The position numbers and the translations under genes are program-made. Source: a bacterium (GTDB taxonomy: Bacteria; Zixibacteria; MSB-5A5; GN15; FEB-12). From it: a DNA stretch of 64,000 nucleotides. Positions within the stretch are counted from its first letter, which is position 1. Every line of letters starts with the position of its first letter. The DNA is taken from contig JADJGQ010000004.1 of NCBI GenBank assembly GCA_016708025.1, forward strand, positions 54,635 to 118,634, in the 5' to 3' direction. Below, piece after piece: positions 16,989 to 26,303 of this stretch. Below the pieces are notes generated by a model, which was not told the origin of the DNA, made no database searches, and was given only the letters and a program-made list of their open reading frames with translations.

Positions 16989-17324
16989 GTGTACCGCTTC
17001 GAAATGGAAGTGGTCGAGGCTGAGGATTTGGTTGTGAGAGATACGTCTTTCGGAGTCTTTTGGACGGATAATCCTGAGCGGACGGTTGTGGGGCAGACAG
17101 ATTTCAGTGGCGGAGTGGTAGTTAGCGATATCCGGCTTTTTCCGGGCTTGTTTGATTTACCGCCTATGTGGGTGGGAGACACAATATATCCATTCCACGG
17201 TACGCAATTTCTCTTCTCCGATTCCGTTACAATCCATGTGCGAGATACGTCGACCGGTGAGTTCAAAGAACAGAGATTTCTGCTATCGCATGGACGGAAT
17301 GATGTGACGGTCGTTTGGCCTTAG
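16989..17324 (+). CDS. hypothetical protein, or frame-shifted continuation of the upstream lipoprotein
   Basis: GTG-started 111-aa ORF. Its frame is open upstream to 16857 with no start codon and reads AQIRIFDLIGQQVFDTV there. Confidence 0.3.
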   Translation: MYRFEMEVVEAEDLVVRDTSFGVFWTDNPERTVVGQTDFSGGVVVSDIRLFPGLFDLPPMWVGDTIYPFHGTQFLFSDSVTIHVRDTSTGEFKEQRFLLSHGRNDVTVVWP

Positions 17325-17392
17325 TGCGAATGTCGGGTTTCGCTGTGTTCGCTGGTGGAGAATCAGGGCGGAGGTGGAGAATCCGCTCAACC

Positions 17393-17755
17393 CGACCTAC
17401 GAGAAAACTGGATTCCCGCCTACGCGGAATGAGGCGGTGCATGGTCCACGTTTGTAGGTTGAAATCGAGCGGCTGGTCTTATCTGATGACCGCTGAGTGC
17501 AGACCTACAAGAGAACTGGATTCCCGCCTGCGCGGAATGATGCGGTGCATGGTCCACGATTGGTGGTTGAGATGAAAGAATGTCCGGACCGTCAGGTCTC
17601 GCGCTCGCGTGATTGAGAAGCAAGAGCGCGGTTGAGAAATCTGGCGAGCGCTAGGCTTGCCCTCGCGCAGGCGGGGGACCTGACGGAACGTTTGCAGGAA
17701 AATGTGCGCCAAGAGAGAACTGGATTCCCGCCTACGCGGAATGAGGCGGGGAACA
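17393..17755. repeat. three copies of a CTGGATTCCCGCCTRCGCGGAATGAKGCGG unit
   Basis: Copies lie at 17393-17465, 17503-17575 (about 73 bp each, near-identical) and 17711-17755 (partial). Confidence 0.85.
17589..17697. repeat. MITE-like element, homolog of 8258-8348
   Basis: CCGTCAGGTCTCGCGCTCGCGTGATTGAGA...GGCGAGCGCTAGG...GACCTGACGGAACGTTT, with an internal roughly 20-bp insertion relative to the 8.3-kb copy. Confidence 0.8.
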
Positions 17756-17840
17756 TCTCGTAATCCTCTGCTGTGAAGGCCGCCGCCGAATTGACCTCAG
17801 ACCCCACCGTTGAAGTCCCAACCCATCCCTCTATCCGATG

Positions 17841-17869
17841 TTGACTTAGGGTGGTTCGCACGGTAGATT
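17841..17869 (+). promoter_or_regulatory. sigma70-like promoter candidate TTGACT-N17-TAGATT
   Basis: Read directly. The -10 ends 7 nt before the purM ATG at 17877. Confidence 0.35.
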
Positions 17870-17876
17870 GCGGGCT

Positions 17877-18926
17877 ATGGCTGACCAATCCACACCCAAG
17901 AAAATGACCTACGCCCAAGCGGGCGTTGATGTTAAGGCCGGCGAAGAAGCCGTCCAGCGCATCAAAAAACTGGCCAAAGCTACTTTCGGCCCCAATGTCC
18001 TCTCCGAAATCGGATCATTCGGCGGCTTCTATAAACTCCCGCTCACCGGTATCGCCGAGCCGGTACTGATCTCATCTGCCGACGGTGTCGGAACCAAGCT
18101 CAAACTCGCCTTCATGACCGGCAAACATGACACGGTCGGCGAAGATCTGGTCAATCACTGCGTCAATGATATCCTGGTACATGGCGCACGCGGATTGTTC
18201 TTTCTGGACTATATCGCGACCGGGAAACTGGATGTCACGACGGTGGCGGATATTGTCGCCGGTCTGGCGCGCGGCTGCACGAATGCCGGCATGGCGCTGA
18301 TCGGTGGCGAGACCGCCGAAATGCCGGATTTCTATCAGGCGGGTGAGTATGATATCGCCGGGTTTATTGTCGGGATGGTCGACCAGAAGAAGGTGATCAA
18401 CGGCTCGACGATCAAGATCGGGGATGTTTGTATCGGGCTGGCCTCAAATGGGCTGCATACGAATGGATATAGTCTGGCGCGCAAGGTGGCGTTTGATATC
18501 GCCGGGCATAAAGTCGATGACTTTGTGCCGGAACTGAAGATGACAATCGCCGAAGCATTGATGAAAGTTCATCGCTGCTACGCGCCGCTGATCTTCCCGC
18601 TGATTGAAAAGTATGATATTCACGGCATGGCGCATATCACGGGCGGAGGGTTACCGGGGAATCTGAACCGGATATTGCCGGAAGGGTGCGATGCCTCGAT
18701 CACGAAGGGGAGTTGGCCGATTCTTCCGCTCTGCAGTTATCTCGGAAGAGTGGGGAATCTGGACGAAAACGATATATATTCCGCGTTTAATATGGGGATC
18801 GGGTACGTACTGGTAGTGAAGCCATCGGAAGCCGATAGTATAATGGATAGTTTAGCTCAGGCGGGTGAAACCGCGTACCGGATCGGGGAGATCGTCCCCG
18901 GCGAGAAAAAAGTCAGACTGATATAA
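17877..18926 (+). CDS. purM: phosphoribosylformylglycinamidine cyclo-ligase (AIR synthetase)
   Basis: TYAQAGVDVKAGEEAV N-terminus, DGVGTKLK motif and GGETAEMP motif. I preferred the ATG at 17877 over the TTG at 17868. Confidence 0.95.
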   Translation: MADQSTPKKMTYAQAGVDVKAGEEAVQRIKKLAKATFGPNVLSEIGSFGGFYKLPLTGIAEPVLISSADGVGTKLKLAFMTGKHDTVGEDLVNHCVNDILVHGARGLFFLDYIATGKLDVTTVADIVAGLARGCTNAGMALIGGETAEMPDFYQAGEYDIAGFIVGMVDQKKVINGSTIKIGDVCIGLASNGLHTNGYSLARKVAFDIAGHKVDDFVPELKMTIAEALMKVHRCYAPLIFPLIEKYDIHGMAHITGGGLPGNLNRILPEGCDASITKGSWPILPLCSYLGRVGNLDENDIYSAFNMGIGYVLVVKPSEADSIMDSLAQAGETAYRIGEIVPGEKKVRLI

Positions 18927-18929
18927 ACG

Positions 18930-20531
18930 ATGCTGGTACTACTCTGCATACTTGACGGATTCGGACTTCGTGAATCGACCCCGGATAACGCGGTAGCGGC
19001 TGCCAACAAGCCGACCTATCAGCGACTGCTGAAGAATTGTGCGTTCACCAAAATCGACGGTTCGGGACCATCGGTAGGACTTCCAGTCGGACAGATGGGG
19101 AATAGCGAGGTAGGGCATCTCAATCTCGGCGCCGGCAGAGTGGTCTATCAGGATGTGACGCGGATCGACAAGGCGATCGAAGACGGCGACTTTTTCGATA
19201 ACGAAGTTTTCGCCGCCGCTATGGAGCGGGTGGCGCAGGAAGGGAAAGCGGTCCATCTGTTCGGGTTGATCTCGGATGGGTGTGTGCATTCCTCGCTGAA
19301 ACATCTGTATGCGCTGACCGAGATGGCGAAGCATAAAGGGGTGGAGCATCTTTATCTGCACGCGTTCACCGATGGGCGCGACACGCCGCCAACCTCGGGG
19401 CAGAAATATGTCAGCGAGATCCTGGCAAAATTCAAAGAGATAGGATTAGGGAAGTTCTCGACGATCGGCGGGCGATATTACGGGATGGACCGTGACCGTC
19501 GCTGGGAAAGAACCGACAAGGCGTATCGTGCGATCATGTATGGCGAGGGGCCGAAATTCCCCGACCCGATCGCCTGTCTGCAAGCCTCGTATATCAACAA
19601 AGTGACGGATGAGTTCGTCATTCCGGCGGTGATCGATCTGGGGGATACGGAGATCGGCAGAGTGCGGGAACGGGATGTGGCGATCATGTTCAATTTCCGG
19701 TCGGACCGTGCCCGTCAACTTTCGTACATGCTGTTAGGGCATGAGATCAAGGGGTATCCGCACTCGAACTCGCCGAAGATCGAATTGATCACGATGACCA
19801 ATTTCGATGCCAAGATGTTCGAAGCGAAAGTGGCGTTTCACCCGATCAGACTTCGGAATATCCTCGGCGCGGTGCTGTCGAAACATGGGGTGAAGCAGTT
19901 ACGGACGGCGGAGACCGAGAAGTATGCGCACGTGACGTTTTTCTTCAACGGCGGCATCGAGGATCCGTATACGGGTGAGGATCGGGATATGATCGCATCG
20001 CCGAAAGTGGCGACGTATGATCTTCAGCCGGAGATGTCGGCGGCCGAGGTGACGGACAACTGCATTCGACGGATACAGTCGGGGCAGTATGGCTTTGTGT
20101 TGGTCAATTACGCGAACTGCGATATGGTTGGGCATACCGGGTCATTCCAGGCGGCCAAGACAGCAGTGGAGGCGGTTGACCAGCAATTGGGTCGACTGCT
20201 GGAGGCGGTACGGGCGGCGAATGGAGTGGCGATCGTTACTGCCGATCACGGGAATGCCGAAATGATGATCGATCCGGCGACGGGTGGACCCTGGACGGCA
20301 CACACGACGAATCTGGTGCCGTGCATTCTGTATGATCCGACCGGGCAATTGGGGAATCGGCCGGTTGGAGATGGCGGCGTGCTAATGCCGTTCGACCAGA
20401 CGACACAGGGTCCGGCGATAAAACTTCGCGACGGGGGGATTTTGGCCGATGTCGCGCCAACGGTACTCGATATGATGGGGCTGCCGCAGCCAAAGGAAAT
20501 GACGGGCAAGTCACTTATCATCAGAGGTTAG
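18930..20531 (+). CDS. gpmI: 2,3-bisphosphoglycerate-independent phosphoglycerate mutase
   Basis: LCILDGFG, MGNSEVGHLNLGAGR, ANCDMVGHTG and TADHGNAE motifs. Confidence 0.95.
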   Translation: MLVLLCILDGFGLRESTPDNAVAAANKPTYQRLLKNCAFTKIDGSGPSVGLPVGQMGNSEVGHLNLGAGRVVYQDVTRIDKAIEDGDFFDNEVFAAAMERVAQEGKAVHLFGLISDGCVHSSLKHLYALTEMAKHKGVEHLYLHAFTDGRDTPPTSGQKYVSEILAKFKEIGLGKFSTIGGRYYGMDRDRRWERTDKAYRAIMYGEGPKFPDPIACLQASYINKVTDEFVIPAVIDLGDTEIGRVRERDVAIMFNFRSDRARQLSYMLLGHEIKGYPHSNSPKIELITMTNFDAKMFEAKVAFHPIRLRNILGAVLSKHGVKQLRTAETEKYAHVTFFFNGGIEDPYTGEDRDMIASPKVATYDLQPEMSAAEVTDNCIRRIQSGQYGFVLVNYANCDMVGHTGSFQAAKTAVEAVDQQLGRLLEAVRAANGVAIVTADHGNAEMMIDPATGGPWTAHTTNLVPCILYDPTGQLGNRPVGDGGVLMPFDQTTQGPAIKLRDGGILADVAPTVLDMMGLPQPKEMTGKSLIIRG

Positions 20532-20613
20532 GACACTGACGTCGCTGTTTAGCAAACTCAAACGGTTTCTTCTTCCGCCAGAGATCGAGATTCGGAAACG
20601 CAGACTGGAGTTA

Positions 20614-22122
20614 ATGGTCTGGGCGTTTCTGTTGTCATTGGCGTATTATCCCGGGATATTCGGTTTTCTCGCGTGGATATCGCTCGTCAGGCCATTCTGG
20701 ATAATCAGTAAGCTTTCGGGGCGAGAGGCGTTTACTGCCTCGTACTTCTACAGCTTCTTCTTCGTTCTCTTTTCTCTCTACTGGATATTTCCGGTCACAC
20801 TCCCCGGAACGATGGCGGCGATCACGATCGTCGCATTCTACTATACGGGCGTGTTCGTGGCGTTTTCGGCGTTGTACCGTTTCAGGCCTTGGATCGGGAT
20901 AGCCGCGGCGCCGTTTTTATGGGTCGGGATGGAGTATTTCCGGACACTGGGGGAGATAGCGTTTCCGTGGTCGCAGGTTGGCTATACACAGGGGTATTAC
21001 CTGTACATCCTGCAAATTGTGGCGGTGATCGGGGTGCATGGGTTGTCGCTGTTGATCCTGTTCGGAAATATGCTGGTCTGGCTGGCGTTCCGAAAGGAGT
21101 TGTCGGCGGAACGTCGTCTCACTTCGGCGTTTGGAGCGATTCTGATTGTGGTCGCTCTGCTTTTGTGGGGTTGGGCCGAGATGGAAGCGTATCCGACTGA
21201 GGGGAAGTATCCGGTGGCGGTGCTTCAGGGATCAGTCCCGCTGGATATCAAGTGGGAGTTGGAGAATCAAGGGTATAGCGCCAAGCTGTATGATTCTCTG
21301 AGTAAAACGATCACCGAGCCGGTGAAGTTAGTGGTATGGCCGGAGAGCGCGGTCCCCTGTTATGTGGCCTCGAACAGATGGTGCCGCGGGATGGTATCCT
21401 CCACCGCAAAAGAGACCGGCACCTATCATCTGGTTGGAGCGTTGGGTTCGGGTACGGTCGAAACTGAGATCAGATATTACAATTCCTGCTACCAGTTTAA
21501 TCCCGAAGGTGGGATCGAAAAGCGGTACGACAAGGTCAAGCTGGTGCCGTTCTCCGAGCAGGTGCCGTATCAGCGGTTTTTCCCGTTCATGCGGCCGGCA
21601 GTGATATTCAAGCATCTGCAATTTCTTGAGGATATGGGGGTGGAGTGGTGGTCGGATTATCATCCGGGGGATTCGATACATTTGTTCACGCTTCCGGATG
21701 CCCAGTATGGGGTGCTGATCTGTTTTGAGTCGACTTTCCCGGAAGTGACGCGCCGGATGATATTGGATGGGGCGAACTTCATCGTGGGTATAACGAATGA
21801 TACCTGGTTCGGGACCTCGATTGGTATCCATATGCATAGCCGGATGTTCATCACCCGGGCGGTGGAGAATCGGGTCTGGATGGCGCGTTCGGCCAATAGC
21901 GGGTTGTCATATGTGGTCGATCCGTACGGCCGGGTGCGGGAGAGTCTGCCGGTGAATGCGGTGGCGGCGTTGGTGGGGAAGGTGAACCTTCTGGATGAGA
22001 CCAGTTTCTTCACCCGGCGGGGGGATATAGCCGGTCGAATCGCGTTCGTGACAATGCTGTCCCTATTATGTATCTTGGTCGGAGTATGGTTGCTGTCAAA
22101 ATTACGACGTTCCTCGCGCTAG
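20614..22122 (+). CDS. lnt: apolipoprotein N-acyltransferase
   Basis: N-terminal polytopic domain plus a nitrilase-like domain with VWPESAVP and the catalytic VLICFESTFPE. The frame is open upstream, so the true start could be earlier. Confidence 0.9.
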   Translation: MVWAFLLSLAYYPGIFGFLAWISLVRPFWIISKLSGREAFTASYFYSFFFVLFSLYWIFPVTLPGTMAAITIVAFYYTGVFVAFSALYRFRPWIGIAAAPFLWVGMEYFRTLGEIAFPWSQVGYTQGYYLYILQIVAVIGVHGLSLLILFGNMLVWLAFRKELSAERRLTSAFGAILIVVALLLWGWAEMEAYPTEGKYPVAVLQGSVPLDIKWELENQGYSAKLYDSLSKTITEPVKLVVWPESAVPCYVASNRWCRGMVSSTAKETGTYHLVGALGSGTVETEIRYYNSCYQFNPEGGIEKRYDKVKLVPFSEQVPYQRFFPFMRPAVIFKHLQFLEDMGVEWWSDYHPGDSIHLFTLPDAQYGVLICFESTFPEVTRRMILDGANFIVGITNDTWFGTSIGIHMHSRMFITRAVENRVWMARSANSGLSYVVDPYGRVRESLPVNAVAALVGKVNLLDETSFFTRRGDIAGRIAFVTMLSLLCILVGVWLLSKLRRSSR

Positions 22123-24317
22123 CGCTGATCGCACTCGGTGGTCTGGTATCGGAAGATGCTTCGGCCGCGGATCGATGGGTGACGTTGACCTCGTTCTCCG
22201 AGGTCAACCGGATGAAGCTGATCGATGATTCGGTCTACCTGGCGACCTCCGGGGGACTTCTGGTGGCGGCCGATCCGCAGTCATTTCCTCGTCTCTATAC
22301 CAATCTAAACGGTCTCGGGACAACCTCCATTTATGATGTCGTGAAAGATGCGGATGACCGTCTCTGGGTGGCCGGACTGGGGAGACTGGCGATGCTCGGC
22401 GCGGATGATTCGCAATTGTATCCGTTCTATGATAATGACGGGAAGCCGTTCCAGTTGTATGCGCTGGCGGATGACGGAGAATTTCTCTGGGTCGGCACGG
22501 GCAAAGGGTTGGTGCTTTTTTCGAAGCAGAATGATGGCGGACAGATAGAAGATAGCTACACGCAATTCGGTGATCTGAACCCGGATGCGGTGGTGTATGA
22601 TATCGTGCTGGATGGTGACACGATCTGGCTGGCGACCTCGAGCGGGCTGGCGGTGGCGGACAAAAGCGATCCGGTCGCGCTGAAGGCCCCCTCGAACTGG
22701 ACAGTCTTCGGACCGAATGATTTCCCGGTCTTGGGGACCGGCAGTATGAGCCGTCTGGCCGCGTTTGAATCGGATATTTATGTCGGGACTGAGCGCTCGG
22801 CACTTCGATTGGATAGAGAGATCGGCGACACAACGTTCACAGAGTTGACGATCGGCCGTGATTCGGTCTTCAACGATCTCAAGGTTGAAAACGACACGCT
22901 GTTCATGTATTACAGCGGCGGGCTGGCGGTGGTGAAGGATGGCGTCAACAGCCGGATCAATTTGACCGGGCTCCCGACGCAGAATTTCAAGAGCGGTCTT
23001 AACACGGGGAGTTATCGTTGGGTTGATCTGGTGAATCGACCGATCTACCAGAACGAGGGTGGGAGTTTTGCTTCGTACGCGTTCACTGGCGCGCCGGGGA
23101 ATAATGTCAGTGATGTGGCGATCAATCGTTCGGGTGAGGTGGTCTCCGCTTTGACCCAACAGCAGATCGGCCTCTACGACGGCACCAGTTGGAGTCAGCC
23201 GTTTCAGCCGGGAGCCTCGGATGGCGCGATCTCGGCGCTGGCGGATTCATCCGGCGATCTCTGGGTCGGGACATTCGGCAACGGGATGTGGCGAGTCTCG
23301 GGAGACTCGATCAAGAATTTCGATGAAAACAATTCGACTCTGCGCGGCAATAGTGACGGTGACCGGGGTCGAACGTATGTGGTGGTGGAAGGGATGGCGA
23401 CGGATGGGGAGTATCTGTTTGTCGCCTGTTATCGCGCACTAAATGGACATCCAGTGGCGGTTTGCCGGATGGATCAGATAGATACGCCATCGGCGTGGGA
23501 TTCGATCGGGACGCCACACGGACTGATGGATACATTTGTGACCTCGATCGCCTGCGCGCCGGGGAATATGGCGGTCGGGACGGAAGGGGATGGAATCTAC
23601 TGGTGTCGTAATGGCGGGAGCGGTGACTGGTTGACCGATGACTTTGTCGACTGTGTTCATTTCACGAAAGAGAATCGGTTTCTTCGTTCGAACACGGTAC
23701 GGACGGTGGAGTTTGCGCCGGATACGACACTGTATGTCGGGACGAATTTCGGGATCTCGTGGTACGATATCGGGATCGATTATTTCGTGGATATCGACCT
23801 TCCGGAGGGGATCAGTTCGGATGTGACGGATATCGATTTCGATGGACGGGGGAATATGTATGTGGCGACCAAAGACGGGGCGGCGAGACGCGATCGTACC
23901 AATGGAGTTTTTACCACCTATACGATGTTTAACTCGGGACTGGTGAGCAACGATGTTCGCTCGGTGACAGTCGACCAGGCGAGAGGGGATGTCTACTTTG
24001 GGACCTCGTCAGGGATATCGGTGCTTCTCTCGGAGATCGGTGATCCGACGGCGGTGCTGGATTCGGTATTTGCGTATCCCAATCCGTTCGTGATCGACGA
24101 CGCCAATGACCGGGTGCGGTTCAATTTCACACGGCCATATGTGGTGTCGATCCACGACCTGACCGGAGCGGTGGTGCGGGATAATATCAATACCACCTCC
24201 TGGGATGGGAAAAATAACCAAGGCGAACAGGTTGCCTCGGGTGTCTATATATTCGTGCTGACCGATGTAACCGGCGTATCAACGCGCGGCAAGATCCTGC
24301 TTATCAACAACCAATGA
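22086..24317 (+). CDS. secreted beta-propeller repeat protein with T9SS/FlgD-Ig C-terminal domain
   Basis: Signal peptide (MVAVKITTFLALALIALGGLVSEDASA). Many two-component-regulator-propeller-like repeats (LWVGT, IWLATSSGL, LYVGTNFGI, VYFGTSSGI). C-terminus is FAYPNPF...GVYIFVLTD...GKILLIN. Confidence 0.8.
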   Translation: MVAVKITTFLALALIALGGLVSEDASAADRWVTLTSFSEVNRMKLIDDSVYLATSGGLLVAADPQSFPRLYTNLNGLGTTSIYDVVKDADDRLWVAGLGRLAMLGADDSQLYPFYDNDGKPFQLYALADDGEFLWVGTGKGLVLFSKQNDGGQIEDSYTQFGDLNPDAVVYDIVLDGDTIWLATSSGLAVADKSDPVALKAPSNWTVFGPNDFPVLGTGSMSRLAAFESDIYVGTERSALRLDREIGDTTFTELTIGRDSVFNDLKVENDTLFMYYSGGLAVVKDGVNSRINLTGLPTQNFKSGLNTGSYRWVDLVNRPIYQNEGGSFASYAFTGAPGNNVSDVAINRSGEVVSALTQQQIGLYDGTSWSQPFQPGASDGAISALADSSGDLWVGTFGNGMWRVSGDSIKNFDENNSTLRGNSDGDRGRTYVVVEGMATDGEYLFVACYRALNGHPVAVCRMDQIDTPSAWDSIGTPHGLMDTFVTSIACAPGNMAVGTEGDGIYWCRNGGSGDWLTDDFVDCVHFTKENRFLRSNTVRTVEFAPDTTLYVGTNFGISWYDIGIDYFVDIDLPEGISSDVTDIDFDGRGNMYVATKDGAARRDRTNGVFTTYTMFNSGLVSNDVRSVTVDQARGDVYFGTSSGISVLLSEIGDPTAVLDSVFAYPNPFVIDDANDRVRFNFTRPYVVSIHDLTGAVVRDNINTTSWDGKNNQGEQVASGVYIFVLTDVTGVSTRGKILLINNQ

Positions 24318-25234
24318 AGATCGAACGACTGATGTCGGCGGAGCTGCCGTCCGAACAGTCGGCCCTGCTCCAGACCAGCTCACTTCTCGGTTCGCTTCCG
24401 TTCCTCAGGCTCTGGGAAACGGTAGGCGGGAGAGTTGTGGTATGGCGGATGGAGGAGAATGGGAAGATCGAAGCGATGCTTCCGGGAGTGGAGTTTCGGG
24501 GGAGACCATTCACGCGATTCCAGGCGGCGCCGGACGGATTGTATCTTCGGATGATACGTTCAGACCAGACCAAAACATCGCTGGACAGCCAGGAGCAGAT
24601 GCTTGGAGCGATTTCAAAGGCCGGCTATGCGCGAGTTCATCTGACCGACTATTTCCGGGAGTTGGGGGAGATGGTGCGGATGTCGGTGACGATGCACAGT
24701 ACGCATCTGATCGAGTTAACCGAGGACTGGGAGCCGCCGGATGCGAGTCTCCGTTCGGAGATACGCAAAGCAGAGCGGGAGGGAGTGACGATCGGGAGAC
24801 TCGACCGATCACGCGACCTGAGTGGGTTTCTGGCATTGATGAAGTCGACCGAAAAACGACATGGGAGAGGGCAGAAATACTCGGACGAGTTTTTTAATGG
24901 ACTGGCCGGGCTGGCGGAAATTGATGATCGGGTGCGCTGGTATTATCTGTCGCATGACGGGAAGCCGGTGGTTTCGCAGATCTACTTGATCGAAGGGGAG
25001 ACCGCGCTCAACTGGCAGATCTATCTGGATAAAGCGTTTTCTCATCTTAAGGCGAATCAGGCGATGATGTACCATGCGGCGATGGATTTACGCAAAGTGG
25101 GTGTACGGTTTCTGAATATGGGTGCGACGCCGGACGATGCTGAGGGGGTGAAGGTCTACAAGGAGAAGTGGGGAGGCAGGACGATCGGATATCCGTGCTA
25201 TGAGCGAATCAGTTTGCTGGGGAGGATCGGCTGA
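24314..25234 (+). CDS. FemAB/BioF2-like GNAT-fold acyltransferase
   Basis: 306 aa with a C-terminal pattern (ALNWQIYLDKAFSHLKANQAMMYHAAMDLRKVGVRFLNMGAT...VYKEKWGG) reminiscent of FemAB-family/Acetyltransf_6 proteins. The assignment is tentative. Confidence 0.5.
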   Translation: MKIERLMSAELPSEQSALLQTSSLLGSLPFLRLWETVGGRVVVWRMEENGKIEAMLPGVEFRGRPFTRFQAAPDGLYLRMIRSDQTKTSLDSQEQMLGAISKAGYARVHLTDYFRELGEMVRMSVTMHSTHLIELTEDWEPPDASLRSEIRKAEREGVTIGRLDRSRDLSGFLALMKSTEKRHGRGQKYSDEFFNGLAGLAEIDDRVRWYYLSHDGKPVVSQIYLIEGETALNWQIYLDKAFSHLKANQAMMYHAAMDLRKVGVRFLNMGATPDDAEGVKVYKEKWGGRTIGYPCYERISLLGRIG

Positions 25235-26301
25235 TGGCTGAGCGGATGCGGGTGTTGCTGCTGGCGGATGTCGCCTCATTTCATACGGAGAGATATGCGG
25301 CGGAATTGCGGCGGCAAGGGTGCTTTGTGCTGATCGCATCGCTGGAGAATGGGCGGATCACGTATCATCAACTGAGAAAGCGGGGGCCATTCAGTTCGCT
25401 GCACTATGTGCTGGCCTCGACCGAAGTGAATGCGGTGATCAAACGGTTTCAGCCGGATATCATTAATCCGCACTATGTGTCGGGGTATGGGTTCACGGCG
25501 GCGTTGGCGGGAGCGAAAAAGTATGCGCCGATCGTCACGCATATCTGGGGGTCGGATATCCTGGTCGTGCCGAAGAAGTCGATCTTTCACCGTCGCAAGA
25601 CGGCGTACGCCCTGGGGGATGCAGATCTGATAATCGGGGATTCGGATCATCTGGTGGCCGAAGCAGAGCGGGTGATGCCGATGAAGCGAGCGATCGTGGT
25701 GCCATGGGGGATCGAGCGAAAATATCTGTCTTTTCACAAATCTGATTATCATCGCGGGAGACCGCTTCGAATATTAGTGCCGCGGATGCATGGGCGGGTT
25801 TACAACAATCAGTTTATTGTCAAAGCGCTGGCACCGCTGGTACAGGCAGGAGAGGTGGAGTTGACGTTTCCCTCGTTCGGGCCGGATGCCGGGCTATTCA
25901 GATTACTCGCCGACAAAAGTTTCAACTCCGGAATCAAGTATTACGATCGATTGGAGCGAAGCGACCTGATGAAGCTGTTTGCCGCGCATGATGTCTATCT
26001 GTCGGCGGCCTCGACGGATTCATCGCCGGTTTCGCTGATCGAAGCGATGGGGATCGGGTTGGTGCCGGTAGCGCCGAATATCCCGGGAGTGAAAGAGTGG
26101 CTGGGAGTCGGGCATGGGTTTGTGTACGACCTGTTCAATGAGGAGATGCTTCGGGAGAAGATACGCGGGATAATTTTTTCGAAGAATGATTTTGACGAGA
26201 TGCGCAGGTCGAATCTTGAGCGAATCAAAAAGACGGCGGTGTTCGAGGAGAATATCGGTCGAGTGGTCGCGGAGATGCGCGCGCTGGTGAGGAAGAAGTA
26301 G
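25234..26301 (+). CDS. glycosyltransferase family 4 (GT-B)
   Basis: Typical GT4 C-terminal half (DVYLSAASTDSSPVSLIEAMGIGLVPVAPNIPGVKEWL). Confidence 0.8.
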   Translation: MAERMRVLLLADVASFHTERYAAELRRQGCFVLIASLENGRITYHQLRKRGPFSSLHYVLASTEVNAVIKRFQPDIINPHYVSGYGFTAALAGAKKYAPIVTHIWGSDILVVPKKSIFHRRKTAYALGDADLIIGDSDHLVAEAERVMPMKRAIVVPWGIERKYLSFHKSDYHRGRPLRILVPRMHGRVYNNQFIVKALAPLVQAGEVELTFPSFGPDAGLFRLLADKSFNSGIKYYDRLERSDLMKLFAAHDVYLSAASTDSSPVSLIEAMGIGLVPVAPNIPGVKEWLGVGHGFVYDLFNEEMLREKIRGIIFSKNDFDEMRRSNLERIKKTAVFEENIGRVVAEMRALVRKK

Positions 26302-26303
26302 AG

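Noticed and set aside
17393-17755. Possible CRISPR array (regularly spaced repeats upstream of purM).
   Set aside because: Only three copies are present. The units are about 50-73 bp with unequal spacing (37 bp, then about 135 bp). They are palindromic REP-like hairpins of a family related to other modules in the window, and no cas genes are present.
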